A stretch of 64,000 nucleotides of DNA from the human T2T-CHM13v2.0 reference genome, Homo sapiens (GCF_009914755.1 NC_060926.1), one strand, 5' to 3'; positions 29,191-50,334 are shown, counted from the stretch's first letter. Program-made: numbers and translations. Notes: generated from the letters alone by a model not told the origin.

Positions 29191-32100
29191 GACCACACCA
29201 TTTGCAACAACCAAAATTCAGTAAAACTTCAATGTTTCTGGTCCTTAAGAGTCCTAAGGCCAGGGTGGCAGCTTCCAGCCCAGCCCCAATACTCACTGGT
29301 CTTCTGCTGTCTCCCAGAGTTGGCGCTGGGGCTGGACAGCCACTGCCCAGGGGACGCCATTGGGCTCCAGCTTAGCCGGACCATCCTTGAACCAGGCCCA
29401 GGCATCGGGGGCCCCGTGACTCGAGCACCCCGCAGAGCCAGTGGCTCACGTCAGGCACTGGACCGGAAGGTGAGCTTCCCCAAGGGGTAGCTGCCATTTT
29501 TCTTGTAAATCCAAGATGGCTCTTGGCTTTGGTACTCTTGAACATACCATTTCCTTTAGGCCACCAGGACCTGTTGGGCGCTGCCCTTATGTGATCAAGT
29601 TTAAAACCCCCAAAATGGGGGTGTCAGGTCAGTGAGTCACAGAGCCCTCAAGGGTCACACTCTACTTCTACAAGTGCTCGCTGCAGGCCAGTAGCCACCC
29701 CACCTTAAAGGGGGTGCAGTGGAGTACTGCCCTGGGTAGGGGCTGCTGCTGGACTGGGAAATGGCCTCTCGACTCCAGCAGGCTTCCCTTCTCTTGGACT
29801 CCACACTGTTTCTGCAGAAGGGACAAAGAAGCAGGAAGAGGCCATCTACGGGCCCCCTCTTACCTCTGCATGCCACAGTCCCTGAAAGTCCCCTGACACC
29901 ACAGGACGGGAACATGCAGGCAGGAAACACCACGTCAACAGCAATTCCACCTTCAGATGTGACAGCTGCACACACCCAGGTTCCATCCTCAAGCTCACTT
30001 AAGCATCCCCACTGCAACCCCCTCGCTTTAATTCTAGTGCCTTCTTCCCTATGGGAACACCTCTGAGGGGTTTAGTATGCATAGGAATTGGGGGCTCAGC
30101 ACAGCTGTCCGGGACCACAAGAGTAGAGAGTGTCGCAGAACTGCTGGGCCACTTGCCCCCTCCAGCTGTTAGCTCCTTGTCAGTGCCCATTGCTCTTCCC
30201 CACCACTGCGCTTCCCACATCCAGAGAGGGTCCAGGCTCAGAGGCCCCTCCCTTCCTTTGTCCTTCCCTCCCTGTTTATTCACACACCATGCAGTTCACT
30301 CTTTTAAAGTATACGAATTAGTAGCTTTTCATATATTTACAGCGTTGTATATCCATCACCACAATCCATTGTGGAACATTTTTCCTTACCCTGAATAGAA
30401 ACTCCATGCCCTTTAGCCCTCACACCCCAGCCCCCCATCCACTGCAGCTCCAGACAGTCACAATCTATGTTCTGTCTCCCCTGGATTTGTCTGTTCTGGA
30501 CATTTCATACAAATAGAGTCATAGTCTTTTGGGACTGGCTTCTTTCATTTAACATAGTGTTTTCAAAGTTTATTCATGTTGTAGCATGGATCAGAACTTC
30601 ATTTCTTTTTATTGCCAAATAATATTTTATTTGTTTTTATGTATCCATTCATGAGTTGATAGACACTGGGATTGGTTCTACTTTTTTGGCTATTATGAAT
30701 AAAGCTGCTTTGAATATTTACATAAACATTTTTGTGTGGACATGTTTCCATTTTCTTGAGTATATATGGTAGTATAAGTGGAATTGCTGGTGTGTATATT
30801 AATTCTTTGTTTAATTATTTGAGGAAATGCCAGACTATTTCCAAAGCAGCTGTACCATTTTATATTCCACTAGCAATGTATGAGGGTTCCAATTTCTCAT
30901 CAACACGGGTTATTATCTACTTTTTTCATTACAGCCATCCTGCCAGGTGAAAAGTGGTATCTTGTGTTTTCAATCTGCATCTCCCTAATGGTTAATGCTG
31001 TCAAGCATCTTTTTGTATGTTATTGGCTCCTTCTAAATCTGCTCTAGAGTAATGCCTATTGAAGCTTTTATTATTGAGTTGTAATAGTACTTTATATCTT
31101 CTAGATATATATCCCTTATCTGATTATGATTTGCAGGTACATTCTCCCATCCTGTGGGTTGTCTTTTCATTTCCTAAAGGTGTCCTTTGAAGCACAAATG
31201 TTTTGAATTCTGATAATATTCAGTTCATCTATGTTTTCTTTTGTTGCCTATGCTTTTGGTGTCATATCCAAGAAACCATGGGATAATCCAAGGTCACAAA
31301 GATTTACACCTCTGTTTTATTCTAAGAGTTTTATAATTTTAGCTCTTACATTAGGTCTTTGATCCATCTTGAGTTAATTTTTGTATATGGTGTGAGGTAG
31401 GGGTCTAGCTTTATACTTTTCATAAGTATATCCAGTCTTACCAGCACCATTTGTTGAAGATACTGTTCTTTCCCCCACTGAATAACCTTGGCACCCTTGT
31501 CATGACAACACCCAAATCAGTTGGCCTTGTTTCCAGCCTACCTCTCACTACTCAGCTTCATCAACAGGTAGGATATAGAGGAACCTCACTCTCCCCACCC
31601 CACACCACTGCAAACACTTACCACTTGTGGAGAACATTCTCCACTGGGATCCTGGAAGACTTCTCATTTCTCCTAATATGAGCTATGGTGGCCTTTGTCC
31701 TTCCTCTTCCAGAAAGTCATTATTCTGTCATGCTAACATTCTTCCCTCCATTGTTTCTTCTTAAGCCAGTTTTGGTAAGTTGCATTTTTCAAGAAAATTT
31801 TCTATTTTACCTAAAATTTTTGAAAGTATTATTATAAAGCTGTTTATAAAATCCTCTGATTACCTTCTCTGATAACATCAGGGGCTGAAATGGTAGCCTC
31901 TTTTTCAGTCCTAAGCAATTTGTGCCTTCTCTTTCTTACTTGATCACTCTCACCAGAGGTTTATGTATTTTATTAGTTTAAACAAGTTTTGGCTTCATTG
32001 ATGATTCACTTTATTCAGTATTTTTCTATTTTATTAACTTCTGCTCTTAATTTTTATTTTTTTCTTCTTTTACATAGGAGTTTATTATACATGATTTTAT

Positions 32101-32849
32101 TTACTAAACTTTGTTTAGTATATTTACTTACTATATATGAGTTTGTTTACTAAATTTTGTGTTTATTTACTATATATAGATACTAAAATATGCATGCAAT
32201 ACTATAAATTTCCATTGAAGTTCTGCTTTCTTCACATCCTCACAAGTTTTTGCTAAATAGCATTTTTGTTACATTTCTTTATACAGTTATTTATATTTCT
32301 GTTTTCTTTTTGCCTCCATTTCCTGGTGATTAGAATTTATATTTCTTAACCTCTACTTTTTAAGTTGTTATTTCTAGTATAATTACATTGTGGATAAAGA
32401 ACAAGCTCTGTAAGGTTTGCAGTCATTTGAAATTTGTTGGCAATTGCTTTATGGCCCAATATGTGGTAAAAAAAAAAATGTTCCATTTGTGATATCTATT
32501 AGGTCATTTATTATTTGCATTGTTCAGATTTTCTTTATTCTGACATATTATCTTTGTCTGTGCCTGGTCTTTTACTAGAGAAGATACATTGAGTATCCCA
32601 CCATGATTGTGAGTTGAACTATTTCCTTTTGTCAATTTTTCATTTATGTATGCTGAGGCCTTGCTATAGGGTATACACAAATGCAGAGCTCTTATATCTT
32701 TATCATGATGAATTGATCCTCTTTACCACTAGCAATGCTTTTTGCCTTATGGCCTTTTTAATCTGATAATAATGTGATTATACCAGCTCTTGCTTTTGAT
32801 TAGCATTTGGATAGTATATCTTTAAACTGGAACATTTAATTTATTTTCT

Positions 32850-34014
<1,165 letters not shown>

Positions 34015-34028
34015 TGATTACCCTAGAC

Positions 34029-34354
34029 CAGGGGTCCCCAGTCCCTGGGGCTGCAGACCAGTACTGGTCTGTGGCCTCACAGCAGGCAGCAAGCAGCAGG
34101 AGAGTGAGCATTACCACCTGAGCTCTGCCTCCTGTAAGATCAGTGGCGGCATTTGATTCTAATAGGAGCACAAACCCTATTGTGAACTATGCATGCGAGG
34201 GATCTAGGTTGTGTGCTCCTTATGAGACTAATACCTGATGATCTGAGATGGAACAGTTTCATCTGCAAACCATCCCCACACCCCCACCCCAGTCCATGGA
34301 AAAATTGTCTTCTATGAAACTGGTCCCTGCTACCAAAAAGGTTGGGGACCACTG
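34029..34354. mobile_element. MER1B-like hAT-Charlie MITE with 8-bp TSD CCCTAGAC
   Basis: Termini caggggtcccca...ttggggaccactg form inverted repeats; CCCTAGAC at 34021-34028 and 34355-34362. Confidence 0.85.
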
Positions 34355-34944
34355 CCCTAGACAACACGATATACACTTTTAACTTATTAATATTCACTAC
34401 CAAGTTCATTTATACGTTTACTCTCCTCCTGGGAAATGCAATGACCTTGGAACACTTCAACATGATTTGTCATCTTTCAATGTATATTATTGTAATGAGT
34501 TTTAATTCTATAGATTTTTTACACCATTTCATAAGGCAATATATATTATTTCTTTATATTTCATTTGCCCTTCTTTCCTTCTTGCATCTCTGATCTTACA
34601 TTTCCCTCTGACTTGAAGTTGATCTGTTAGCATCTCTTTTAGTGTGGGTCTGCTGTTTATTATTTATTTACCTGAATTATCTTTATTTTGCCTTCCATAG
34701 TAAAGGGTATTTTATCTGGATATAAGACTTTATGTTGGCAGTTGTTTTCTTTTAGCACGTTGAAAATATGATTCCACTGTTTTCTGGCTTTCATTGTTGT
34801 ATATGAGAAGTCAGCTGTCAGTCTACTTGCAATGCCCCTAATGGTAACCTGTTTTTTTCTTTTTAAGATTGTCTCCTTGTGAATAATTTGTGCAGCAGCA
34901 ATAGAAAAAGAAAAAAAAAATGAAGATTGTCTCCTTGTCATTGA

Positions 34945-35298
<354 letters not shown>

Positions 35299-36067
35299 TG
35301 TTTTTATTTTTCTAGCTAGTGAATCAGTGGGATTGTTGAGCATATGGCTTGATGTCTTTCATCAGTTCTGGAAAATTCTCACCATTGTCTTTGTGTCTCC
35401 TTTCCTTCTGGTGCTCCAAGTTGTGCATTTGTTTGGTCATCTTACTGTTTTCCATTATGTCTCATCCTTTCTTCTGTATTCTCCATCTTTTTGTCTCCTT
35501 TAAAATTCTGGATAGTTTCTTCTGACCTTTTAGTTCCAGTTCATAATTCTTTCTTAATGCATCAAGTCCACTCTTCAATCTATCCAGTTAGTTCTTAATT
35601 TCTGTTATTTAGTTACTTATATCGTATTCATTTGGTTCTTTAAAATGTCTTTTGATTAAATAATTTACATTCCTGATTAATTTTTTTAATCTAGTGCTTT
35701 TCTGTCAAGTTTTTCATTGTGGTAAAACACATAACATAAAATTTAATATCATAGCCATTTTTAAATGTGTGGTTCAATGATTAAAGTACATTCACATTAT
35801 TGTGTAATCATTACCACCATCCACCCACAGAATTCTTTTCATCTTTCAAAATTGAAACTCTAATCCCATTAAATAATAAGTCCCTATTCCCCTCTTCCTT
35901 CAACACCTGGAAACCATCTTTCTACTTTCTGTCTCTATGAATTTGACTCTGCTAGGTACCTCATATAGGTGGAATCATATAGTATTTGTCTTTCTGACTG
36001 GCTTATTTTACTTAGCATAGTGTCTTTAAGGTTCAACTATGTTGTAACCTATGACAGATTTCCCTAC

Positions 36068-36363
<296 letters not shown>

Positions 36364-36605
36364 AAGATTTCCTTACTTTTTAAGGCTAAATAATATTCCA
36401 TTGTATGGATGTGCTACATTTTGTTTACCCATTCATCCTCAGTGGACACTCAGGTTCCTGCCAGCTGTTAGCTATTGTGAATAATAATGCTATGAACATG
36501 TGTGTACAAATACAAATCTCTTCAAGACCCTGCTTTTGATTCTTTTCGTTATAGACCCAGAAGTGAAATTGCTGGGTCATATGGTAATTCTGTTTTTAAT
36601 TTTGA

Positions 36606-37015
<410 letters not shown>

Positions 37016-38194
37016 AGGTTTGTTTTTTTAATAGCAGTGATGTTGAACATGTTTCCAGGTGCTCATTGGTTCTTTGGAGAAATGTCTGTTCAAGTCCTTT
37101 CTCATTTTTGAAACAAGGGTTTTTTGTTGTTGAGTTTTAGGAGCTCTCTCTATATTCAGGATATTAATCCTTTATCAGATATATGATTTGCAAATATTTT
37201 CTGTTATTTTGTTTTCAGGCTGCCTTTTTACTCTGTTAATAGTGTATTTTGATGCAGGAAAATTTTTAATTTTCATGAAGTCCGATTTGTCTGTTTTTTC
37301 TTTTGTTGCCTGTGCCTTTAGTGTAATATCCAAGAAATCATTTCCAAATCCAGCGTCATGAAGCTTTTGCCCTATTGTTTCTTCTAAGAGTTTTACAGTC
37401 TTAGCTCTTATGTTTAGGTTTTGGCTCTATATTGAGTTAATTTTTGTATATGGTGTTAGGTAAGGGCCCAACTTCATCCTTTTGTATGTGGATGTCCAGT
37501 TTTGCTGGCACCATTTGTTAAAAAGACTGTCCTTTCCTCACTGAATGCTCTTGACACCCTTGTGAAAATCGTTTGATTATATATCGAAGGCTTATTTCTG
37601 GGTTCTGTTTCATTCCATCAGTCTGTATATCTGTCTTTATGCCAGTACCACACTGATTACTGGAGATTTGTAGTAAGTTTTGAAATCTGGAAGTGTAAGT
37701 CCTCCAATATTGTACTTCCTTTCCAAGATTGTTTTGACTACTCTGATAAAATTCTAAAGTTTGCATTGATCTCTTTGAACCTAGTTATTTTATGTTCTGA
37801 GTCTGATAATTCCAGTATCTGCTGTTTCTCTCATTTCTGTCTATTCCTCTTGGTGGTATCATGCTTCCTTGGGTGCCCGATTATTTTTGGCTGTGTCCTG
37901 GACTGCGTATTTGTAAAATTATTTGCAGGAATAACTTGAGGCCTAAGATGATGCCATCTTCCTCCAGAGAGGGTTTTCCTTTGCCTCTGTGTAGAAGGCA
38001 GGGGTGCTGCCAGTCTGGGACCCCCTTAGTGCCCGTTCCAGGCTTCACCCAAAGGGGAAGTCCAGAGGGTCTTTTCTAAAAGCATGGTTCTGGTCACATT
38101 CTTCCCAGTAGCAAATAATGACAGCGCAGAGCTGACCACTGTGACCAGCAACTCATTCACCTGGGCCCAGCACCCTGTCAGGTCAGAGCCAGTG

Positions 38195-38552
38195 CCCTGG
38201 TCAGCTCGAGCTGCTGCAGTAAAATGCCTTAGATTGAGTGGCTCATAAGCAACAGAAATATATTTTGTATAGCTCTTGAGGCTGGGAAGTCCAAGATCAA
38301 GGCACTGTCAGTCAGCCTCAGTGACTGGTGAGGGCCCACTTCCTGGGCCATAGATGGCATCTTCTTGTGTATCCTCCCATGGCAGAAGGCAGCTCTCTGG
38401 GGCTTCTTTTCTTAGGGCACTAATCCCATTCACCAGGGCTCTACCTTTATTGCCTAATCACCTTCCAAAGGCCCCACCTGCTAACACTATCTCTGTGGGA
38501 GTTCGGATCTCAACATAGGAATTTGGGGGGACACAAACATTCCAACCATAGC
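38195..38552 (-). mobile_element. MaLR LTR (MLT1A/MST-like)
   Basis: gaggctgggaagtccaagatcaagg...cactaatcccattca...cctaatcaccttccaaaggccccacct...ggacacaaacattccaaccatagc. Confidence 0.8.
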
Positions 38553-39074
38553 CCCCTGTTATAAGTAAGAAAACCAGAGCACAGAGAGGTCGGCAGCTGA
38601 ACTGTGTCACTGATGGATGCGCAGCCAGTGGCATGGAGTGTGGGGCCAGGATGGAAGCATGTGTATCTCACTGCAGAGGTGCTGCTCAGAAACGTTATGG
38701 GGCTCCCCGCTGCCTGGAGGCCGAGCACAGGCTCCCCTACTTGGCCCCTGCAGCCTCCCCGGCCATGCTGGCCCCTGGCCATCCCCCTCCGCTCTAGTGG
38801 GGGCACCCCTCCCCGAAGCCCACCTTGTGTGACCCCTGCCCACCCTTTCAGGCTTAGCTCAGATACTGGGGCTCCGCCTCGCCTCCTGCGGCCCCAGCCG
38901 GAGCAGAGCTGAGGAGCAGTAGCTGCTGGGCAGGCCCAAGTGCCCCACTGACTGAGGCCAGGGCCCAAAGGGGGACTTTCCTACCCCCTATAGCAGCCAA
39001 CCAGGACTGGGCACTCCACAGGGCATCGGGTACTGCACACAGGTCAGAGCCTGTGCCCTGAGCACACAGCATGA

Positions 39075-39812
<738 letters not shown>

Positions 39813-40061
39813 TAGGAGGATTTCCATTTGGAATGGCCCAGTACTCAAAAGGTTAGACTGGAAGGTTATTCTGTTTTATACCCTTCCTTGATAATGCCAA
39901 ACATGACAGAAACATTGACTCAAGAATAATCAGCCACTTTGCAGGCTTGATGAGTTATGGTGGGCTGACACTCCCTAACGAGGACACCTGCCCACTCCGG
40001 TGGCAGATGTATTTACTCAGCACCTACTGTGGCCAGGCCTGCACTGGGCACTGGGTCATGA

Positions 40062-40406
<345 letters not shown>

Positions 40407-41034
40407 TAATAAACACTTTTTAAGAGCACCTTCCAAGTGACAGGCAAGTGTTCTAGGCACTGGGCAGACAGCCCTGGACGAAGCAGACAAGACGCATCTG
40501 CCCCGTGGGGTCACTCTAGCAAGGCATCAGGAAGTGCTCAGAAGCATAACCCAGCCAGGGGCACTTCCAGGAGCAGGTTCATTGACAGAAAGTGGACAGT
40601 TCAGCTTCATGCATCTCCTCATTGCGCCTCTCGGCTCCCAGAGCCCCACCATGGGCCCTTACTGGCTCTAGTCCGCCCTGTCCCCTAGACGGTGCCACCA
40701 CCCCAATTCTACGGCCCTCGCGTCTTTGTTTGTTTTCCGAGTGTTAGCACTTACGTTCGCCTTCCTGAAGCAGAGCACGTAGTTTCTCTAATGTTGACTT
40801 TTACATAAGTGGAATGTACACTGTATGATCACCCATCTTTCTCAGTGACTACAAACTAGCCCAGCACCAAGCGGCACGTGAATTTGTTTCACCTGCACCC
40901 CATGACTGGACAGCTGCAATACCAGGGGCCTGAGGCGGGCACGGCATAGCCCAAGTCGCCTTATGCATGATCCTGTCCTGGTACACATGTTTAGAAGGGA
41001 GATTGCCACCTGCAGAATTCCAGTTTTCCTCTCA

Positions 41035-41640
<606 letters not shown>

Positions 41641-42633
41641 AGTGCTGGTTTCCTTGCACCCCAGCTGTCATTTTCCAACTTTGCCAACTCAATAGACAAA
41701 ACAATGAGTGCTACTTTTTAACTTACATATCTTTAATTTCTAGGGGTGCTGAATTTGTTCTAATATTATTGGTTACTTGTATTCTACTGTGATGTGTCTC
41801 TTCATACCCTCTGACATTTTTTCTGTAATACTTTTGGTCTTTTTCTTATTGATCTGTAGTTCTTGAATTAAGGGTCTCGATAATTTTATCTGCTGTATGC
41901 GTTATAAATAGGTTTTTCACATTGCTGTTTGCCATTCAATTTGATCTTATGGATTTTTTTAAGTATTCGGAAGCCCTTTGCAGTCAAATGTTTAATTCTC
42001 CCTTTTGGTTTTTGCTGTGAACAAACATCACACTTAAAAGTCCTTTCCCTTTCCTGAGTTATACATATATGCCTGTATTTTCTTCTAGGACTTTTCTTTC
42101 ACTTTAAAACCTTATTTGATTTGGGATTACTTTTTGTGTGTGGTGAAAGGCAGGACCCTGATCTGATTCTTTTTCAGGGGGTTTCCTGTTTGTCCCAAGA
42201 TCATTTCTTAAACAGTCCCGATCCTTTGCTTGATTCTCATCTGGCGTACCTCATCTGTACGCTGCCTGCCAATATTTCCTTGCAGTAGAATTCTGTGAAA
42301 ACCATAAGGCCTGACTGTTAAACGCTGCAGCACGGCTCTTCCTTGCTTCTTTTTACCTTTCCTCTTTTCCTTTTTGCAATTTTGCTCATTTCACACAGGA
42401 GATTTTGTGGATCTGGCTAAGGGCAGGGGACAGTGTCTGCTCCCATCTGTGGGCCCCGCACCCACCCCAGGTGTTTCACTCACCCCAGCAATAGTTGTGG
42501 GTTGCAGACGGCCTCTGCTGAGTGGCAGGCGCTGGGAGACAGCAGAGGATGAGGCCACCAAGGTCCTGCCTCGGCTGCCCGTCCAGCTGGAAGACACAGA
42601 CATTGAGCAAGCCAGGGGCCCAGTGGACAATGA

Positions 42634-42933
<300 letters not shown>

Positions 42934-43430
42934 TAGGCAGGGGCTCACCATAGGCAGATCCCCCAGTACCGTGCAGAGGCCAACGAGAGACATCCACAAC
43001 CATCCCTGAGGCCTCTCACTGCCCAAAAACAGAAACATCCTCAGGCCCAAAGGCACCTTTGTCCCCCTGACCTGCCCCGCCCTGCCCCTGCAGTCCCCTT
43101 TAACAGCTGCAACAGCAACAGAAATGTCCTCTGCTCCTTGTGCCCTGCAGTCTGGCCTAGCCAGTGACACAAGGGACCACAGCCGGCAGGAAACCCCGGG
43201 TGTGGAGGGAATGAAACAGGACAATGGCCACAGGGTCAGTGCTCCCCAGGCCCGAGAGTGCCTTTGGGCTGTGCGCACCCCCACTCACCTCCTGGCCACC
43301 TGCTTTCTCTTGGGTTCATACTTGCCCCTGGCCCCAGGGGAGGCCCAAGAGCCCAGAGGTGAGCTGCCGGAGGACTGGGCTGGGGAGCCAGGGCCAGCCC
43401 TCTCCTTGGCTCCCAGGAACGGTTGGCTGA

Positions 43431-43751
<321 letters not shown>

Positions 43752-43899
43752 TGAGGAAGGGGGTTGATGGCAGAGGAGAGGTGGAGACGAAGGGGGCTGG
43801 ATGCTGACGGGGAGAGCAGGAGCACTTGGGTGTCCAGCCCAGCCCACCTCAGGCATGTGAAACTAAGGAAAGCCTGGCTGGTCCTGCAGCCTCAGCTTC

Positions 43900-44019
43900 C
43901 CCTAGAGAAGACCCCACACACACACTGCTCTGGGTTGGAGGGAACCCTCTGGAGACTGTGCCCTAGAGAAGATCCCGCACACACACTGCTGTGGGTTGGA
44001 GGGAACCCTCTGGAGACTG
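43900..44019. repeat. 61-bp tandem duplication (2 copies)
   Basis: ccctagagaaga.ccc.cacacacactgct.tgggttggagggaaccctctggagactg twice. Confidence 0.9.
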
Positions 44020-44694
44020 CGGGTTTCGGGGGTAAAGAGTTCTGGGTCCTCAGGGGAGGAGGAGCCCAGGGACGCCTCTCCCTGGGACCATGTGGTCCCT
44101 ACTCTCCCCTTATTCCCACCCAGCCTCCTGCCTGGGCTGGGGGAGGAGCAGCATGTGGTCTCTGACCCTCAGGGCCACCCATGAGGCAGGTCCTCTTACC
44201 ACCCAGGTCCTCATTTTTGCCAGCGGGCTTGCTGCTTGGTGGGATTTGGTGTCTGCTTGACAAACCCAAGCATCACGTCTACAGGGGAGTTCCAGGGGTC
44301 CTTCCAGCCCACAGTGCACAAACGGACGGGGTGGGTGTCCCTCCCAGGGGTGGGCACGTGGTTTGTGGGAACAGCCAGGGCGGCAGCAGAGCCATAGATG
44401 GTAGCCTTAGCCCTGCTGCTGTGCGGCCTTGGGAGCCAAGGAGCCTTCAGAAATCACTGCTTACACTTGGGGCGAGGGCAAGCGACTGATCCGCTCCACT
44501 GAGGGCGGCGCATCACAAGCCCTGCCAAGCCTGGGGCCGCAGTGAGGCTCGCACCGGGACCTGCCCCAGACTCGCCTCCCAGCCGCGAGCATCTAGGCTA
44601 CGAGAGGGGAGAGGGGCCGCATCTCCGCAACACTGAGTCCCCAGAGAACACGACAGGGGTAGCAGATGCGCGCGCACCACTGTCGGGGCGGAGG

Positions 44695-45137
44695 CGGGGT
44701 GCAGGCGCGCCATGGGGTGGGGGATGAGGGGTAGAGAGTGTGGGGGTGGGGGATGGGGTATGCAGGTGCGCCACAGGGTTGGGGATGAGGGGTAGATGGT
44801 GTGGGGATGGGGGGTGCAGGCGCGCCACAGGGTTGGGAGTGAGGGGTAGAGGGTGTGGGAGGTGGGGGCGTGCCATGGGGTGGGGGGTGCAGGCGTGCCA
44901 CGGGGTGGAGGGGTGGGGGGTGCAGGTGTGCCACGGGGTTGGAGGTGGGGCGTAGTAGGGGTGGGGGGCGGAGGCGCGTCACGGGGAGGGGAGTGGGGGG
45001 TGGAGGTGCGTCACGGGGTGGGGGTTGGGGGGTGGAGGTGCGTCACGGGGTGGGGGCGCGTCACAGGGTGGGGGGTGGGGGGTGGAGGCGCATCACGGGG
45101 TGGGGGTTGGGGAGTAGAGGCGCGCCACGGGGTGGGG
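44695..45137. repeat. Degenerate G-rich tandem repeat (GGGGTG[C/G]AGG[C/T]G[C/T]G[C/T]CACGGGGTGGGG)
   Basis: About 11 CAC/CAT-containing cores separated by G4-G6 runs. Confidence 0.85.
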
Positions 45138-45648
45138 AGAGCACCGCGCGCTCATGGGAAGAGGAAAGATGCAGTCGCAGGGCGGGAAGACCCATCTGAG
45201 GGCTGCAGGTGGTGCCGCGACGAAGGAGGCCCGAGGAGCCCGAGCTACCCACACACTGGGGCACGAACAGGCCCCCGCTTGCATCTGAGCTTCGGGAGTC
45301 CGGGCTCACGGGGCGGGGAGCCCAGAGCGGCCGCCCAGCATCCGAGGGACACAGCCCTCCTGCAGCCCCCAGCCACACCCCCTGCGTGGCCCGCCTTGTC
45401 CCAGAAACGCTGACATGACGGCTGAGTGCCAGCCTCGGGTTTTCCACGCCAGGAACCCTGGAGGGGAGGCGGAGTGTGCCAGTTTTTAGACCTGTCCACG
45501 GCAGCGCTGAGAGGGATGGAGGGGACGGGGTGCTGGTGTGAGTCGCTTCAGGGAGTCCGCCCCACACGAAGCCACCTCCCCAGAGGCCACGCCAACAGCA
45601 CCGCCCCTGCTCCCCTGCTCCCCTGCTCCGACCTAAAGTGAAACCTGA

Positions 45649-45924
<276 letters not shown>

Positions 45925-46217
45925 TGACTGGCCCAGGGCGGGACCACCCGCTGGCTGCGCTGGGCTCAGGAGGAGCACTGTAGGCTCCGCCAGTGGCCCT
46001 GAGCGCCCAGGGTCCCAGGTCAGGAGTCTCTGTCCCCAGGGTGTGGGTGACTTGCTTAGGGGACCACTGGGGACCAAAGGCCATGGCCCCCTGGAGTGAG
46101 CACCATGGGCGGGTGCAGTTGCTGCCCTCTCTGAGCCAATCTCGGGCTTGCTCCTCCTCCGTCCCCGGCCCAACCCGAGCCCTTAGAGAAAACTCCTCAT
46201 CCGGTTCCCGCCGCTGA

Positions 46218-46736
<519 letters not shown>

Positions 46737-48757
46737 TGAGGGGAACGTGAAGTGCTTCTGGGGTCAGATGGGCTGGCTGTGGGGCAGGAAGGGCACAGCC
46801 ACACGGTCCCTGCCGCTCCCTGCGGCTGCTCCTGGACGCTGTTTCTCTCCTGCCCCTGCCTTCAGGGAAAGGGGGTCTCACAGCCTAGGTGGGGCCTGGA
46901 GTCCCTCTCCATCCTCACTGCTGCTACCAAACCTCAGCTTGCCCTCCCAGTTCAGAGCCCAGCTCTTTCGAAGCAGTTGTCATCAGAGTCAGCCTCTACT
47001 TACTGCCCTTCCCCCGGCACCTCTTTAGGCCCCTCACCCATGCCCTTCACCCACCTGGTAAAGAAAGGTGGACCCCCCCCCCCAATTCCTGCTCTCCATC
47101 TCACCATAGGGCTCTGCTCAGGGAGCTTTGCAAAGGGAGCCCCTAAAATCAAAGCACCGTGACCTGCTGCTCCCCACCCAGCTCAGCCAGGTGTGCGTGT
47201 CCTGTGTGACAGTCGCTTACAAAAACATGTAATAGATTGTTTAGATCAATGCGTTCAAATAGTGACTATATCAATATCTCAATCTAGAAAAAAACAATTC
47301 TTATCAGATATTTATGGTCATGGGAGGTTTTTTAAAGTACTTCCTTCCTGTGTTTACACATATTGGTATTGGAGAGAGCTATAGTTGAATGGCAGTAAGG
47401 GACTTTTGCACCTGAAAGTACATTAGAATGAAGTTCTGCAGGAATGCAATGGAAATGTGACTTCAAGGTCCAAAGCAGTGAAGCACAATTCCCACCTGGC
47501 GAGATGGGCTTGCCAGTGTGTTTACAGATCACACATAGGTGACAGCACAGTGACCCCAGTTATCCCTTGCTCCCCGAGCCCTGCCACTGTCTTCCCACAG
47601 CCAGCGTCGGAGCAAGCTCCATTCATAGGAGCCTTTCTTCATCCAGAAACTCCTGCCCTGCTTGCCCACGTGCTCTCAACGTGAGACGGGTGGGAGTCGG
47701 GCTTCTGTGGCATTGGTGCCGTGGCAGACTCAGCCCTGCAGGCGTCTGTCCCTTGGTAAAGGCCAGGGAGGCTGGCAGGTTCTCCTTCCTCTTGCTCAGT
47801 GCTCTCCCTGTGCGGTGCTGGCCAGGGGCCTGGCTGCGGGAGGACCCAGGCCTATGATGAGGGTCCCCAAGGGTGACTGGGCAGAGCTTCCCAGGAATGG
47901 GCTGCTCCTCGGCTATGCCCCAGGCTCCAGGAGCCCCTCTGTGATGTGCAGCCTGGTGAGGTCCCCTAAGAGGGCTTGAGGCTTGGCGCCAGGAGGCTGG
48001 TTCAGGTCTTGGGTCTGCAGCATGTCAGTTGTACGTGTGGCCTCGGACCGTGAGCCTTCGCTTTCTCAGTGCAGCTGTGGCACAAGCCTTGGGTACAAGC
48101 CTTCCCGCCTCGACCCCCCACAGGGGCTCCCTGATCTTGGAAGCCACCTTGGCCCCCAGAACCCATAACAGCAGGGGCGCCCGCAACTAAAGGCTAGGGT
48201 GTGCATGCTCCTCCACCTAGCGGAGTTGGGGTCAGGGAGACAGGGATCACCATGTCCCATCAGCCACCAAAGGGCTTTCACACCTCCTGGGGGAGTAGTC
48301 AGGCCCTCCTGTCTCCTTCCTATGCCAAAGAGAGGGCCCCACCATTCCCCCATGACTCCAGGGAGGGACACACGCTTTGGCTATCACTCTTGTTTCTGAG
48401 TTTGTTCTGGGTATGAGCTGTCAGTAAGACAGGGGATGTGGTTCTCCTCTGCGTCTGGCTCTGCTGGCCAGGGCAAAGGAGAGACCTGGGATGTGTGGGC
48501 CAGGTGCTCTGGACTCAAGGAGGGCCAGCATCCGGTGAGGAGTGAGGGCAGAGGGTGGGCTCCCCTAGCTCACTCCCACTCAGTAACTGGGGGCCAGAGT
48601 CCCTTTGCCCTGGCCGTTCCTGCACAGGCCACTGCCTGCCCCACCCAGCCTCTCGCCCCAGGGGCCACTCCTACACCCTGGGTGCTGCACACCCTTCCAG
48701 GCTCAGTCACAGCCTGCATCCTTGACCACAGCTCTTCTCACAGTCCACTTGGAATAA

Positions 48758-49597
<840 letters not shown>

Positions 49598-50334
49598 TAA
49601 GCCACCAACTGCAGGGAAAATAGGAAGCAAAAGATGGATGCTGCCTCCAGGGTGCTGTGTGAGGCTGAGCAACCCCTTCCCCTCTCTGGGCCTTGGTTTC
49701 CATCTGTGAAATGCCAGGAGGGATGACAAAGTTCACAAGTCTCCTCTTCCAGCCTGGGTGACTCTTGACTTTTTTAACATCTTCCTCTCCTACTCTAGAA
49801 CCCTCAGCACACAAGGGAAAGTAACGGGAATCAGAAAGAAAACTGACCTTTCACTATTTTCTATTCTATTTTGTGTTGTTTAACTGCTAGTTGTGACTTG
49901 TTAGAGGAATTAAAAGGCCAACTGGAGATTGCAGCCTACAGTATAAAAATGGCTTTCGTGTCTGATTGTTGCACCTGCCTCCAGAGGCTCACCCACTGTG
50001 CCGACTTCTGTGGACGCACCAGGTGCTGCTTCTCTCCAGGGAGATGCTAAAGACAAACTATTCAGGTTATTTTTAGTTTAAAAAATTCAGGAGGAAATTC
50101 TGTTTTACCCGTAAGACACAGAGGGTCATGGGCCCTCCATCAGTCTTTGCCGAGTGCATGGGAGGCCAGGGTGTGTCCTGAGGGGAGGGTGGGGCAGGAG
50201 CGGGAGGAGGCAGCCTCACCTATTTGGCTGCTTTAAAGTCACTGTTCCGTGTCACAGCTCACTTTGCCCAGATTGTTATCTAAATATCAATGTATTTCAC
50301 TAAATTCATGTCAGGAAACGGATAAGTGGTTTCA